Positions 1 through 7,674 of a DNA stretch of 64,000 nucleotides are shown here, piece by piece. Below the pieces are notes generated by a model, which saw nothing but the letters and a program-made list of their open reading frames with translations, did no database searches and was not told where the DNA came from. How positions within the stretch are numbered: position 1 is the first letter of the stretch; each line of letters begins with the position of its first letter. Origin of the DNA: a virus; IMG/VR virus record IMGVR_UViG_3300032334_002236, positions 1 through 64,000 of that record. One strand, given 5' to 3'. The translations under genes and the position numbers were made by a program.

Positions 1-246
1 ACAGAAGGAACAGATCTCAAGTTCTTCTTCGGTGATGCCAATAGTCACGCTGGCAGCTTTGTATTCCAGAGCGGGGTGTCGGGTGTGATAAAAAACAACT
101 GGGCATGGCCTGTGGCTGTGTTACAGGGTATCCTGGCATTGCAGGGTGACAAGGTCATGCAGTTCAGCGATGATGGCATGTTGAAGGTCATCGTGGATTC
201 AGGCCTTATCGTTTATGAATACTTGTTGCCAGCACAAACAAAGTAA
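1..246 (+). CDS. 3' end of probable DNA polymerase sliding clamp (T4 gp45-like), truncated by window edge
   Basis: Frame 1 is open from base 1 to TAA at 244-246 (TEGTDLKFFFGD...MLKVIVDSGLIVYEYLLPAQTK). The beta-rich C-terminus resembles clamp C-termini; recognised by eye only. Confidence 0.5.
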   Translation, partial: TEGTDLKFFFGDANSHAGSFVFQSGVSGVIKNNWAWPVAVLQGILALQGDKVMQFSDDGMLKVIVDSGLIVYEYLLPAQTK

Positions 247-249
247 AAC

Positions 250-1794
250 ATGAAAAATATAGTGGACTTAAAGACCAATCAGGAAGATTATGCTCTATTC
301 TTGCCAGCATTGAGTGGCTTCTATAGCACTTACATCGGCAAGCAACGGTTCAGCGAATACGTTGATCCAGCTCGCATACCCGCAGGCCTGGGAGGCATGG
401 AAGGCCTCAACTTTCTTAACAGCAAGGAAGGTGTCTTCCAGTATCCCTGGTGCTTGTATTCAGCAGGCCATGCCAATCTGGATCTGGGGCAAGACCCCAA
501 GGAAGATATGGTACGTACCCGCGAAGAAGGAAGTTTCATCCTGGGAGACTCGGGAGGGTTTCAGATCGCCAAAGGCGTCTGGGAAGGAGACTGGCGAGCT
601 GGATCAGGTTGCGCTAAAGCACAGAAGAAACGTGTAGATGTGCTAAACTGGATGGAAGAGTATATGGACTATGGCATGGGATTGGATATTCCAGGCTGGG
701 TAGGACGTACTCCTCGTGGTCGTGAAGCCACTAAGATCACCACATACCAAGAGGCGGTGGATGCAAGCAAGTTCAATTTCGAATATTGGATGCGCCACCG
801 CCAACATCGTTGCAAGTTCCTCACAGTGTTGCAGGGAGATAACCATACCCAAGCTGATGAATGGTATGAGGAGATGAAGAAGTATTCAGATCCCAAACAC
901 TTCCCTGTGGACCACTTCAATGGTTGGGCCATGGGGTCACAGAACAAATGTGATCCACACCTGGTACTCAAACGCCTGGTATCACTGATCTATGACGGAT
1001 TATTGGAAACTGGTGTACAGGACTGGATACATTACTTGGGTACTAGCAAGCTGGAATGGGCCATGATGTTCACAGACATCCAACGTGCCATCCGCAAGTA
1101 CCATAATCCCACATTGACCATCAGCTTTGACTGTGCAAGTCCGTTCCTGGCCACAGCTAACGGTCAAGTCTATTATGAGAACCGCTTGAACGATCGTGGC
1201 AAGTGGAGTTACAAGATGAGCAAGTGTGTGGATGACAAGAAGTATGCCACAGACCCCAGAGGCTTCCGTGATGTAGTGATCCAGGACGGTCTGTTTGCAG
1301 ATTTCATCAAGAGTCCCATCATCGACGCTTGTGGTATCAGCGACATCTGCCACTACAAGCCCGGTGATCTCAACAAGATCGGCAAAGAAGGGCGCACCAG
1401 TTGGGATAGCTTCAGTTATGCTCTGCTCATGGGCCATAACATCTTTGCTCACATCAGGGCAGTACAGGACGGCAATGCCAGGTATGATCTGGGTATCGTG
1501 CCAGCCAGCTTGGTTCAAGAAAAATTTGATAGACTTTTCTTTAGAGATGTAGTAGATTCTATATTCAGTGCAGGCAGTCGTGCAGAAGCAGATCGCCATG
1601 TGGAAGAGCATAATCGCTGGTACATGGACATCGTGGGCAGCAGTGCCAACGGTTACTTGGGCAAGAAAGCTGTAAACAGCAGCACAGCTTTCGACAAATG
1701 GTTGGACTATGCTGAAACACAAGTGCAAATAGCTCGTGATGACAGCGGATTGAATGACAGAAAATTGGACAAGTTGGAAAACACACAGGATTAA
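250..1794 (+). CDS. dpdA: TGT-fold DNA-guanine transglycosylase (DpdA-like), inserts a 7-deazaguanine base into DNA
   Basis: TGT motifs GDSGGFQ, GLDIP, VLQG, GWAMGS, HYLG, SFDCASP and a C-terminal GHN. Clustered with folE, queD and queE in a phage. Confidence 0.75.
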   Translation: MKNIVDLKTNQEDYALFLPALSGFYSTYIGKQRFSEYVDPARIPAGLGGMEGLNFLNSKEGVFQYPWCLYSAGHANLDLGQDPKEDMVRTREEGSFILGDSGGFQIAKGVWEGDWRAGSGCAKAQKKRVDVLNWMEEYMDYGMGLDIPGWVGRTPRGREATKITTYQEAVDASKFNFEYWMRHRQHRCKFLTVLQGDNHTQADEWYEEMKKYSDPKHFPVDHFNGWAMGSQNKCDPHLVLKRLVSLIYDGLLETGVQDWIHYLGTSKLEWAMMFTDIQRAIRKYHNPTLTISFDCASPFLATANGQVYYENRLNDRGKWSYKMSKCVDDKKYATDPRGFRDVVIQDGLFADFIKSPIIDACGISDICHYKPGDLNKIGKEGRTSWDSFSYALLMGHNIFAHIRAVQDGNARYDLGIVPASLVQEKFDRLFFRDVVDSIFSAGSRAEADRHVEEHNRWYMDIVGSSANGYLGKKAVNSSTAFDKWLDYAETQVQIARDDSGLNDRKLDKLENTQD

Positions 1795-1796
1795 TC

Positions 1797-2138
1797 ATGG
1801 AAAATGATAACGCAGATCTCAGTAAACGAATCTATCTGGAATGTGAATGCACTGATTTCGATCACACAGTGCGCATGAGCTTGTGGGATTGGAACAACTA
1901 TACAGATCCAGAGTGCAGTAATGCACCAGAAATGATCGTGGAATATCATCTAAATAATCACGAAAACTGGTATCAGCGTATATGGAGTGCTGTCAAATAT
2001 GTGTTCAGACAGGAAAACATCGTATATCACGATGTGATGTTGGACTCAGCAAGCGTGGAAAAACTAGACAAGCTGTGCCAGGATTATCAGTTGGCATATG
2101 AAGTATATAAACTAGGAACTACAAAAGATGTCAAATAA
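1797..2138 (+). CDS. hypothetical protein
   Basis: 113-aa ORF tightly packed between neighbours; CxC..H near the N-terminus. Confidence 0.7.
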   Translation: MENDNADLSKRIYLECECTDFDHTVRMSLWDWNNYTDPECSNAPEMIVEYHLNNHENWYQRIWSAVKYVFRQENIVYHDVMLDSASVEKLDKLCQDYQLAYEVYKLGTTKDVK

Positions 2139-2652
2139 CGATGTATATGTGACCAGTGCAATGATCAATAAGTTGTCAGAAGTCACAAACAAGCCCATTC
2201 CAGATGCTATCATAGATCCTGTCATGGATCCTATCGATGCCACGCCATACATCCATGAACCATATGGTGACAAGATGGAACGCTATTGCGAGATCTGGAT
2301 CAAGTTCCAGATGGAAGGCATACACAAGTATCCAGCAGCCGCAACTGACCCTGACCTGGCAGATGTCAGCTTCCTGGGGTATCCACATCGCCACATGTTC
2401 CATTTTTGCATTGGCATCGAAGTTTATCACTCAAATCGTGATATCGAATTCATCCAGTTCAAACGCTGGCTGATCAGCTTGTATGGTGGTTCCAACGAAC
2501 CAGTGTTAGAGCTGGATTACAAGAGCTGTGAGATGATCGCAGACGATCTGTATGAACAGATCAATAGCAAATACCCCGGTAGAAATGTCACTATCGAGGT
2601 CAGTGAAGATAATGAAAATGGTTGCAAAGTAACCTACAAAAAGGCAGATTGA
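2128..2652 (+). CDS. dpdL: QueD-like T-fold paralog, probable 7-carboxy-7-deazaguanine decarboxylase (DpdL-like)
   Basis: FLGYPHRHMFH gives LxxxHRHxF where QueD has CxxxHGH. IEFIQFKR, SCEMIA and VTIEVSED align by eye with PTPS/QueD VDF.LK, TxENLA and VxVxE. Confidence 0.6.
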   Translation: MSNNDVYVTSAMINKLSEVTNKPIPDAIIDPVMDPIDATPYIHEPYGDKMERYCEIWIKFQMEGIHKYPAAATDPDLADVSFLGYPHRHMFHFCIGIEVYHSNRDIEFIQFKRWLISLYGGSNEPVLELDYKSCEMIADDLYEQINSKYPGRNVTIEVSEDNENGCKVTYKKAD

Positions 2653-2653
2653 T

Positions 2654-2881
2654 ATGATTAAGAATAAACAAATCAACCGCGTATTCGAAGATCTGGATAC
2701 ATATCGCGCATTCTGTGTGGAATTTGGATTCAAGTTCACAGAAGCCGATCTCTATAAAAGAAACGGACCATATGGGCAATATGAACGATTCCGACGCGGC
2801 GATTATGTGAGAAATAACTGGCAAGCTGATTATGAAGGCTTCGAAGCACAAGCAGCTGATAGCCAGCGCAGACCTCACTGA
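2654..2881 (+). CDS. hypothetical protein
   Basis: 75-aa ORF starting 1 nt after the previous stop. Confidence 0.7.
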   Translation: MIKNKQINRVFEDLDTYRAFCVEFGFKFTEADLYKRNGPYGQYERFRRGDYVRNNWQADYEGFEAQAADSQRRPH

Positions 2882-2931
2882 GGGCATCTTTGCCAAGTGT
2901 ATAACATAGTAGAGCAAACATACCCACAAAG

Positions 2932-2957
2932 ACTCAGCAGTGATCACATTGCTGAGT
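2932..2957 (+). terminator. 11-bp stem-loop (ACTCAGCAGTG-atca-CATTGCTGAGT) in intergenic region; possible terminator or processing site
   Basis: Inverted repeat with one G-U pair; only a weak pyrimidine tail (TCTCC). Confidence 0.4.
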
Positions 2958-2976
2958 TCTCCATTGACCTTAAAAA

Positions 2977-3005
2977 TTGACAAGTGATCAACAATACAGT
3001 AGAGT
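2977..3005 (+). promoter_or_regulatory. sigma70-type promoter TTGACA-N17-TAGAGT, 5 nt upstream of ATG 3011
   Basis: TTGACA at 2977-2982 and TAGAGT at 3000-3005. Confidence 0.55.
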
Positions 3006-3010
3006 ATATC

Positions 3011-3778
3011 ATGAGCAAAAAAATAGTAATCATCACAGGTGGCTTCGATCCCATCCATAGCGGGCACGTGGCCTATATCAATGCAGCCAAGAAACTGGGT
3101 GATGTCCTGGTAGTGGGAGTCAACAGTGACATCTGGCTTAGACGCAAGAAAGGGCAGGAATTCATGCCCTGGAAAGAACGAGCAGCTATCATCGAAGCCA
3201 TGCATGATGTGGATAAAGTCATCGCATTAGACGATTCAGATGGCAGTGCCAATGACGCCATACGTCAGGTCTTGAACATGTATCCAGATGATTACATCAT
3301 CTTTGCCAACGGCGGCGATCGCAATAGCAACAACATTCCTGAACAGGACCAGGACTGGCCCATGCGTGTGGGATTCGAGTTCGGAGTGGGTGGAGAAGAC
3401 AAGAAGAACAGCAGCAGTTGGATCCTGGAGAAATGGAACAAACACAGGACAGAACGCATCTGGGGGCATTATGATGTGCTGGCCGAATATCCTGATGTCA
3501 AGTTGAAAGAACTGGTTGTGGAACCAGGGCGTTGCCTCAGCTACCAGCGTCATTTCCAACGTGCTGAGGTCTGGTTCGTGCGCAGTGGTACAGCCCGCAT
3601 CATCTATGACTTTGGTGACCGTGAATACACAGAAGTGTTGAATGCCGAGTCTGTGTTCGTGATACCACGCAAAGGCTGGCATCAGTTGATCAATCCTGGT
3701 GCTGTGCCATTACACATCATCGAGATACAATATGGCGAAGCATGCCTGGAAGAAGACATCGAGAGAGTAGCACAGTGA
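3011..3778 (+). CDS. Cytidylyltransferase (HxGH; RfaE/TagD-like) fused to a ManC/PMI type II-like cupin
   Basis: ITGGFDPIHSGH, VVGVNSD and FANGGDR in the N-terminal part; cupin WGHYDVL...LSYQRHFQRAEVW...IEIQYG...EEDIER at the C-terminus. ATG 3011 preferred over GTG 2984, which lies inside the promoter. Confidence 0.85.
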   Translation: MSKKIVIITGGFDPIHSGHVAYINAAKKLGDVLVVGVNSDIWLRRKKGQEFMPWKERAAIIEAMHDVDKVIALDDSDGSANDAIRQVLNMYPDDYIIFANGGDRNSNNIPEQDQDWPMRVGFEFGVGGEDKKNSSSWILEKWNKHRTERIWGHYDVLAEYPDVKLKELVVEPGRCLSYQRHFQRAEVWFVRSGTARIIYDFGDREYTEVLNAESVFVIPRKGWHQLINPGAVPLHIIEIQYGEACLEEDIERVAQ

Positions 3779-4827
3779 AAACCATCTATATAATCCCTAT
3801 AGAGCCCATCGATCAGAGATATACCAAGCAATGGTATGATAACATCCCCAAGTTGCTGGACGGCAAAGGCTATCAGGTGGTCACAGTGGATGGTGATCAG
3901 CCCCAGACAGGAACCACGACAGGTGCGTTCCTGGATTTTGCTGTGACTAACCAGTACAAAGCTAGCCAGGCGCAACGTGTGGCAGAGATGTTTACTGCTG
4001 GCAAGATCCAAGCTGGCGACAAATTCCTGGTCACAGACGCTTGGAACTTCGTGATCACTGCCATCAGATACATGAGCGACTTGTTGGACATACCGGTAGA
4101 GATACATGGTATCTGGCATGCTGGTGCTTATGATCCCACAGACATCCTGGGTATGAAGATGAGCAAGCCCTGGCCCTGGCATCAGGAACGTGCCTGGTAC
4201 CATGCATGTGATTACAACTATTATGCCACCAATTTCCACCGTCGCATGTTCCTGCACAATCTGGATATTCCAGATGCATTTCACAGCAAGGCCATACGTA
4301 GCGGACAGCCACATGAGTATATCATACCTGAAGTGGAAAAGTATTGCCAGAAGGAACGCAACGGTCGTATCATGTGGCCGCATCGTTTGAACAGCGACAA
4401 GCAACCTGACATCATCCGTGACATTGCTACAGAAATGCCAGTAACTATCACGCAAGGTATGGATCTACCCAAGGACGAATATTATCGCTTGCTGGGTTCA
4501 GCAAGCGTGGTATTCAGTTGCAGCCTACATGAGAACCTGGGTATCAGCCAGATGGAAGGGGTGCTGGCAGGTGCATTGCCCATAGTGCCAGATCGCGCCA
4601 GCTATTCAGAGATGTACCCAGATGTGTTCAAGTATCCTGCAGAGTGGACCAGCAACTGGCACAGCTACAACCAGTATCGTGAATATATGTTGGGATTCAT
4701 CCGTGAGCGAATCGACAACTATGATCGTTATTTGCCAGCCCTGATGGAATGTAAAAACAAATTGATTAGTGACTACTTAAATGCTAATATAATGATCAGT
4801 AAACTTACAGGAAAACACAGTGACTGA
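3775..4827 (+). CDS. GT-B fold glycosyltransferase (GT4-like)
   Basis: PHRLNSDKQP, and FSCSLHENLGISQMEG..GALPIVPD..SYSEMY (ExxGxxxxE motif). GTG start overlaps the upstream TGA (GTGA). Confidence 0.8.
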   Translation: MKTIYIIPIEPIDQRYTKQWYDNIPKLLDGKGYQVVTVDGDQPQTGTTTGAFLDFAVTNQYKASQAQRVAEMFTAGKIQAGDKFLVTDAWNFVITAIRYMSDLLDIPVEIHGIWHAGAYDPTDILGMKMSKPWPWHQERAWYHACDYNYYATNFHRRMFLHNLDIPDAFHSKAIRSGQPHEYIIPEVEKYCQKERNGRIMWPHRLNSDKQPDIIRDIATEMPVTITQGMDLPKDEYYRLLGSASVVFSCSLHENLGISQMEGVLAGALPIVPDRASYSEMYPDVFKYPAEWTSNWHSYNQYREYMLGFIRERIDNYDRYLPALMECKNKLISDYLNANIMISKLTGKHSD

Positions 4828-5509
4828 GATAAGCAAAGTTATCAAGAAGCGTTTGGAAGAAGATGGCAAGCGTTACTGGGCTGGTGATAATATCAGCGAG
4901 TATATCAACCCAGAAGAACGCACTGAATTGATTGCAGAACTGCATAAGAAGTTTGATGCGGTGCTGGATAGCTTAGTGATCGATCGTGAGAACGATCCCA
5001 ACAGCAATGACACTGGCCGTAGATTGGCCAAGATGTATGTCAATGAGCTGATGCGAGGTCGCTACTATCCAGCACCGGATGCAACTGCATTTCCCAATGA
5101 AATGGAAGACCGATATGAAGGCATGTTGGTTGTTCGCAGTGAATTACGTAGTGTTTGCAGCCATCATCATCAGCCTGTTACAGGCGTTGCCTACATTGGT
5201 ATTCTTGCAGCAGACAGACTTATCGGTCTCAGCAAGTATACTCGCATTGCTCAGTGGTGTGCCCGTCGTGGTACTCTGCAAGAAGAACTTTGCAATGATA
5301 TTGCAAAACAGATCATGAAGGCCACTGGTAGTGCTGATGTGGGTGTGTATATCCAGGCTACTCACGGATGTTGTGAAAATAGGGGCATAATGGCACACAG
5401 TAGTTTGACACAGACTACTGTGTTAAAGGGCAGCTTCTTTAACGATCCAGGCACCAAGAAAGAATTCTTCGATAATATCAAGTTACAACAGGAGTATGCA
5501 AGCAGATGA
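4820..5509 (+). CDS. folE: GTP cyclohydrolase I
   Basis: DTGRRLAKMY, SVCSHHHQP, GLSKYTRI, LQEEL, HGCCENRG. Confidence 0.95.
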   Translation: MTEISKVIKKRLEEDGKRYWAGDNISEYINPEERTELIAELHKKFDAVLDSLVIDRENDPNSNDTGRRLAKMYVNELMRGRYYPAPDATAFPNEMEDRYEGMLVVRSELRSVCSHHHQPVTGVAYIGILAADRLIGLSKYTRIAQWCARRGTLQEELCNDIAKQIMKATGSADVGVYIQATHGCCENRGIMAHSSLTQTTVLKGSFFNDPGTKKEFFDNIKLQQEYASR

Positions 5510-5983
5510 GACCATTAGGACATTTGGGTATCGGCATCGGGACCGCAGATTTTGATCTGAATAATCTAGACGAGAAAATATACGATGCTCTTAGTGAACG
5601 AGGCGACACCTTATTACAGGAAACTTTTGAAAATTTTATGGGGAGTCAATTTAAGACCCCTCCTAAAAAAACTTTCAAACAGATAAAAGAGGCATATGAA
5701 TATAGATTAGAACGAAAGACTCATCTGTTGAGACTAGGAGTTCCTAAAGAAATCATGGATCATGAAGACGAAATCGTTGTGAAACTTTACAACGATCTAA
5801 AAAATAAAAACTTTGTTACTTCTAAAGATCCTGCATATACAAAGTATCGCAATGCATATGAAAAAAGATTAGAAGAATGGGAAGATTCTGATATTAAAGA
5901 AAATCTCCTAAATGAAATTTATGCATATAACGAAGCTGAGTACAATAAGATCAAATTACAACCGGAGTATACAAGCAGATGAG
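5472..5983 (+). repeat. 39-bp imperfect direct repeat (5472-5510 and 5945-5983) flanking an AT-rich ORF
   Basis: ataatatcaagttacaacaggagtatgcaagcagatgag versus ataagatcaaattacaaccggagtatacaagcagatgag, 4 mismatches. Confidence 0.85.
5506..5982 (+). CDS. hypothetical protein, AT-rich, apparently inserted; ends with a copy of the FolE C-terminus
   Basis: 158-aa ORF with ATGA overlaps at both ends; C-terminal IKLQPEYTSR versus FolE IKLQQEYASR. Confidence 0.7.
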   Translation: MRPLGHLGIGIGTADFDLNNLDEKIYDALSERGDTLLQETFENFMGSQFKTPPKKTFKQIKEAYEYRLERKTHLLRLGVPKEIMDHEDEIVVKLYNDLKNKNFVTSKDPAYTKYRNAYEKRLEEWEDSDIKENLLNEIYAYNEAEYNKIKLQPEYTSR

Positions 5984-6356
5984 CGGACCTTATCAAAATA
6001 CACCACAAGTATCTGATACATTTGTATTTTCAGGCGCCCAGTCAGGTCGCCAACCTGTTAAACTTAGTTGGTTCCAGCGTTGGTTTCTCAAACATAGCCA
6101 ACAAGCCTGGCAACATGGCAATCAAGATCGTAACATGAAAACATCTGCTATTCATGGACAGACTGTTACCCGCGAGCTTAATACCCGTAACAGCGTAGAT
6201 CTCAGTTTGATCCGTGCTGATGGCGGATGGATTGTTCAATTCCAAACTTATGATGACAATCATGATCGTCATAATGTATACCATCATGTAATTCCAGATT
6301 CGGAAGATTTTGGCCCAAGACTCGCAGAGATTGTCACACTGCAATGTATGCGTTAA
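5979..6356 (+). CDS. hypothetical protein
   Basis: 125-aa ORF with ATGA coupling to the upstream gene. Confidence 0.7.
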   Translation: MSGPYQNTPQVSDTFVFSGAQSGRQPVKLSWFQRWFLKHSQQAWQHGNQDRNMKTSAIHGQTVTRELNTRNSVDLSLIRADGGWIVQFQTYDDNHDRHNVYHHVIPDSEDFGPRLAEIVTLQCMR

Positions 6357-6372
6357 CAAAAGGAAAAACACA

Positions 6373-6567
6373 GTGATTAAATTAACAAATGCCACAGCAG
6401 AACATAAAGGTAATCCCATCTATGTGAACCGCCACTGGATCGTGGTTGTGTTTGAATCGCCAGTGGAAGCTGGTGGAAGCCTTCGCACCATCGTATACGG
6501 TGGACCACAGGGAACTAGCTGGGAAGTGGAAGAGTCACCAGCAGAAATACAGCAGTTGATGAAGTGA
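6373..6567 (+). CDS. small FlbD/SwrD-like protein
   Basis: GTG start after AAGGA; MIKLT..PIYVN..WIVVVFE...WEVEESPAEI matches the FlbD pattern by eye. Confidence 0.5.
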   Translation: MIKLTNATAEHKGNPIYVNRHWIVVVFESPVEAGGSLRTIVYGGPQGTSWEVEESPAEIQQLMK

Positions 6568-6842
6568 GTAACAACGGCAGAAACCCTGTGGGTATCGATT
6601 ACGATTATTCCACAGGTATGCCATTGACCAGCAATGCTTTCTCCACACAAGGCAGTGCTGGTCAATTCTTGACCAGCAGTTCCAACGGGCTTTTATGGTC
6701 TACACCGTCTCCAAAGTATGGAGACGCTGCTGGTGGTGTTCCTGTAATGGTCCAGGCTGAATTAAGAAAACAGCACCCAGCCTTACAGGAAGCCTGGGAA
6801 AAATATCTCACAATATTACATTTATGCAATGACAAATCTTGA
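6564..6842 (+). CDS. hypothetical protein with C-terminal 'HPALQEAWEKY' helix
   Basis: 92-aa ORF with GTGA overlap; shares its C-terminal motif with the next ORF. Confidence 0.6.
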   Translation: MSNNGRNPVGIDYDYSTGMPLTSNAFSTQGSAGQFLTSSSNGLLWSTPSPKYGDAAGGVPVMVQAELRKQHPALQEAWEKYLTILHLCNDKS

Positions 6843-7038
6843 AAAACGTGCTGGCTTCGATCTATTCAGTTTGGGCAAATGGGCCGGTGATGATTACATC
6901 CGTCCAGACAGTAAATCTGCCATCTTTTGGCAGGTGCCTTTCCATAGCCAGAAAACCCTACAACAACAGAATCCCAGCCTCCAGGAGGCCTGGGAAAATT
7001 ACCTTTGCTTATTGGCCATGACCCATGACAATAAGTAA
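6829..7038 (+). CDS. hypothetical protein with C-terminal 'NPSLQEAWENY' helix
   Basis: 69-aa ORF; C-terminus paralogous to 6564..6842. Confidence 0.6.
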   Translation: MTNLEKRAGFDLFSLGKWAGDDYIRPDSKSAIFWQVPFHSQKTLQQQNPSLQEAWENYLCLLAMTHDNK

Positions 7039-7044
7039 TCACAT

Positions 7045-7110
7045 ATCGGCGCTCCAGGCTTCATCCCGATTGACAAATTCTGCAGCCTATGCTAACTTAA
7101 ACCATAGGAG
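7045..7110 (+). promoter_or_regulatory. queD leader: candidate pseudoknot/RBS-sequestering RNA switch overlapping a TTGACA-N17-TAACTT promoter
   Basis: ATCGG 7045-49 pairs with CCGAT 7066-70. AGGCTTCA 7056-63 pairs with TGCAGCCT 7081-88 (7 of 8). CCTATG 7086-91 pairs with CATAGG 7103-08, overlapping RBS AGGAG 7106-10. TTGACA at 7070-75 and TGcTAACTT at 7090-98. Confidence 0.45.
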
Positions 7111-7116
7111 ACCAGC

Positions 7117-7674
7117 ATGACAAAAACCATAAATGAGTCCATGAGAGGGCTGGGAAACAAGATTATCAAACCCTTTCAACCTGTCGTATACAAGTATACC
7201 AGCACTAAAGAATACATCGACGCATTTCCCTGTGCCTATCGTCAGTGGAGAGCAGACAGCCATTGTAATACCATACACGGTTATTCATTCAGCATGAAGT
7301 TCTATTTCGGCACCAACGATCTAGATGTTCGTAACTGGGCAGCAGACTACGGTGGATTAAAAGAACTCAAGAAGATCCTGGAAGAACAGTTTGATCACAC
7401 ACTGCTTGTAGCTGAAGATGATCCAGAGCTAGCAACATTCAAACTGCTACAGGAAAAACACATGGCCAAGCTGACTATCCTGCCCAAGCTGGGCTGTGAA
7501 TCACTGGCAGACATGTTGTACAAATACATCAACACAGTGTACATTCCAGACATGTGGGGACCAGGTGAAGCAGAACGCTTGTGGTGCTATCGTGTGGAAG
7601 TTCGTGAGACGCAGGCTAACATGGCGTTCCGTGAAGGACATCGTGAATGGAACGAAAATCTGGAGGATATGTAA
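7117..7674 (+). CDS. queD: 6-carboxy-5,6,7,8-tetrahydropterin synthase (QueD/PTPS family)
   Basis: SHCNTIHGYS, ADYGGLK, FDHTLLV, GCESLA, VEVRET; directly upstream of queE. Confidence 0.85.
   Translation: MTKTINESMRGLGNKIIKPFQPVVYKYTSTKEYIDAFPCAYRQWRADSHCNTIHGYSFSMKFYFGTNDLDVRNWAADYGGLKELKKILEEQFDHTLLVAEDDPELATFKLLQEKHMAKLTILPKLGCESLADMLYKYINTVYIPDMWGPGEAERLWCYRVEVRETQANMAFREGHREWNENLEDM

Noticed and set aside
250-1794. Ordinary tRNA-guanine transglycosylase (tgt) for queuosine
   Set aside because: It is longer and more divergent than bacterial Tgt, lacks a clear CxCxxC Zn site, has no queA/queF/queG neighbours, and sits next to replication genes. A DNA target is more likely, though unproven.
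5506-5982. Homing endonuclease, intron or IS at folE
   Set aside because: No HNH, GIY-YIG, LAGLIDADG or DDE motif, no terminal inverted repeats were noticed, and folE is intact.
7039-7116. Canonical preQ1-I riboswitch
   Set aside because: No GGTTC..C loop or A-rich 3' tail of class I was seen. It is kept only as an unclassified switch candidate.
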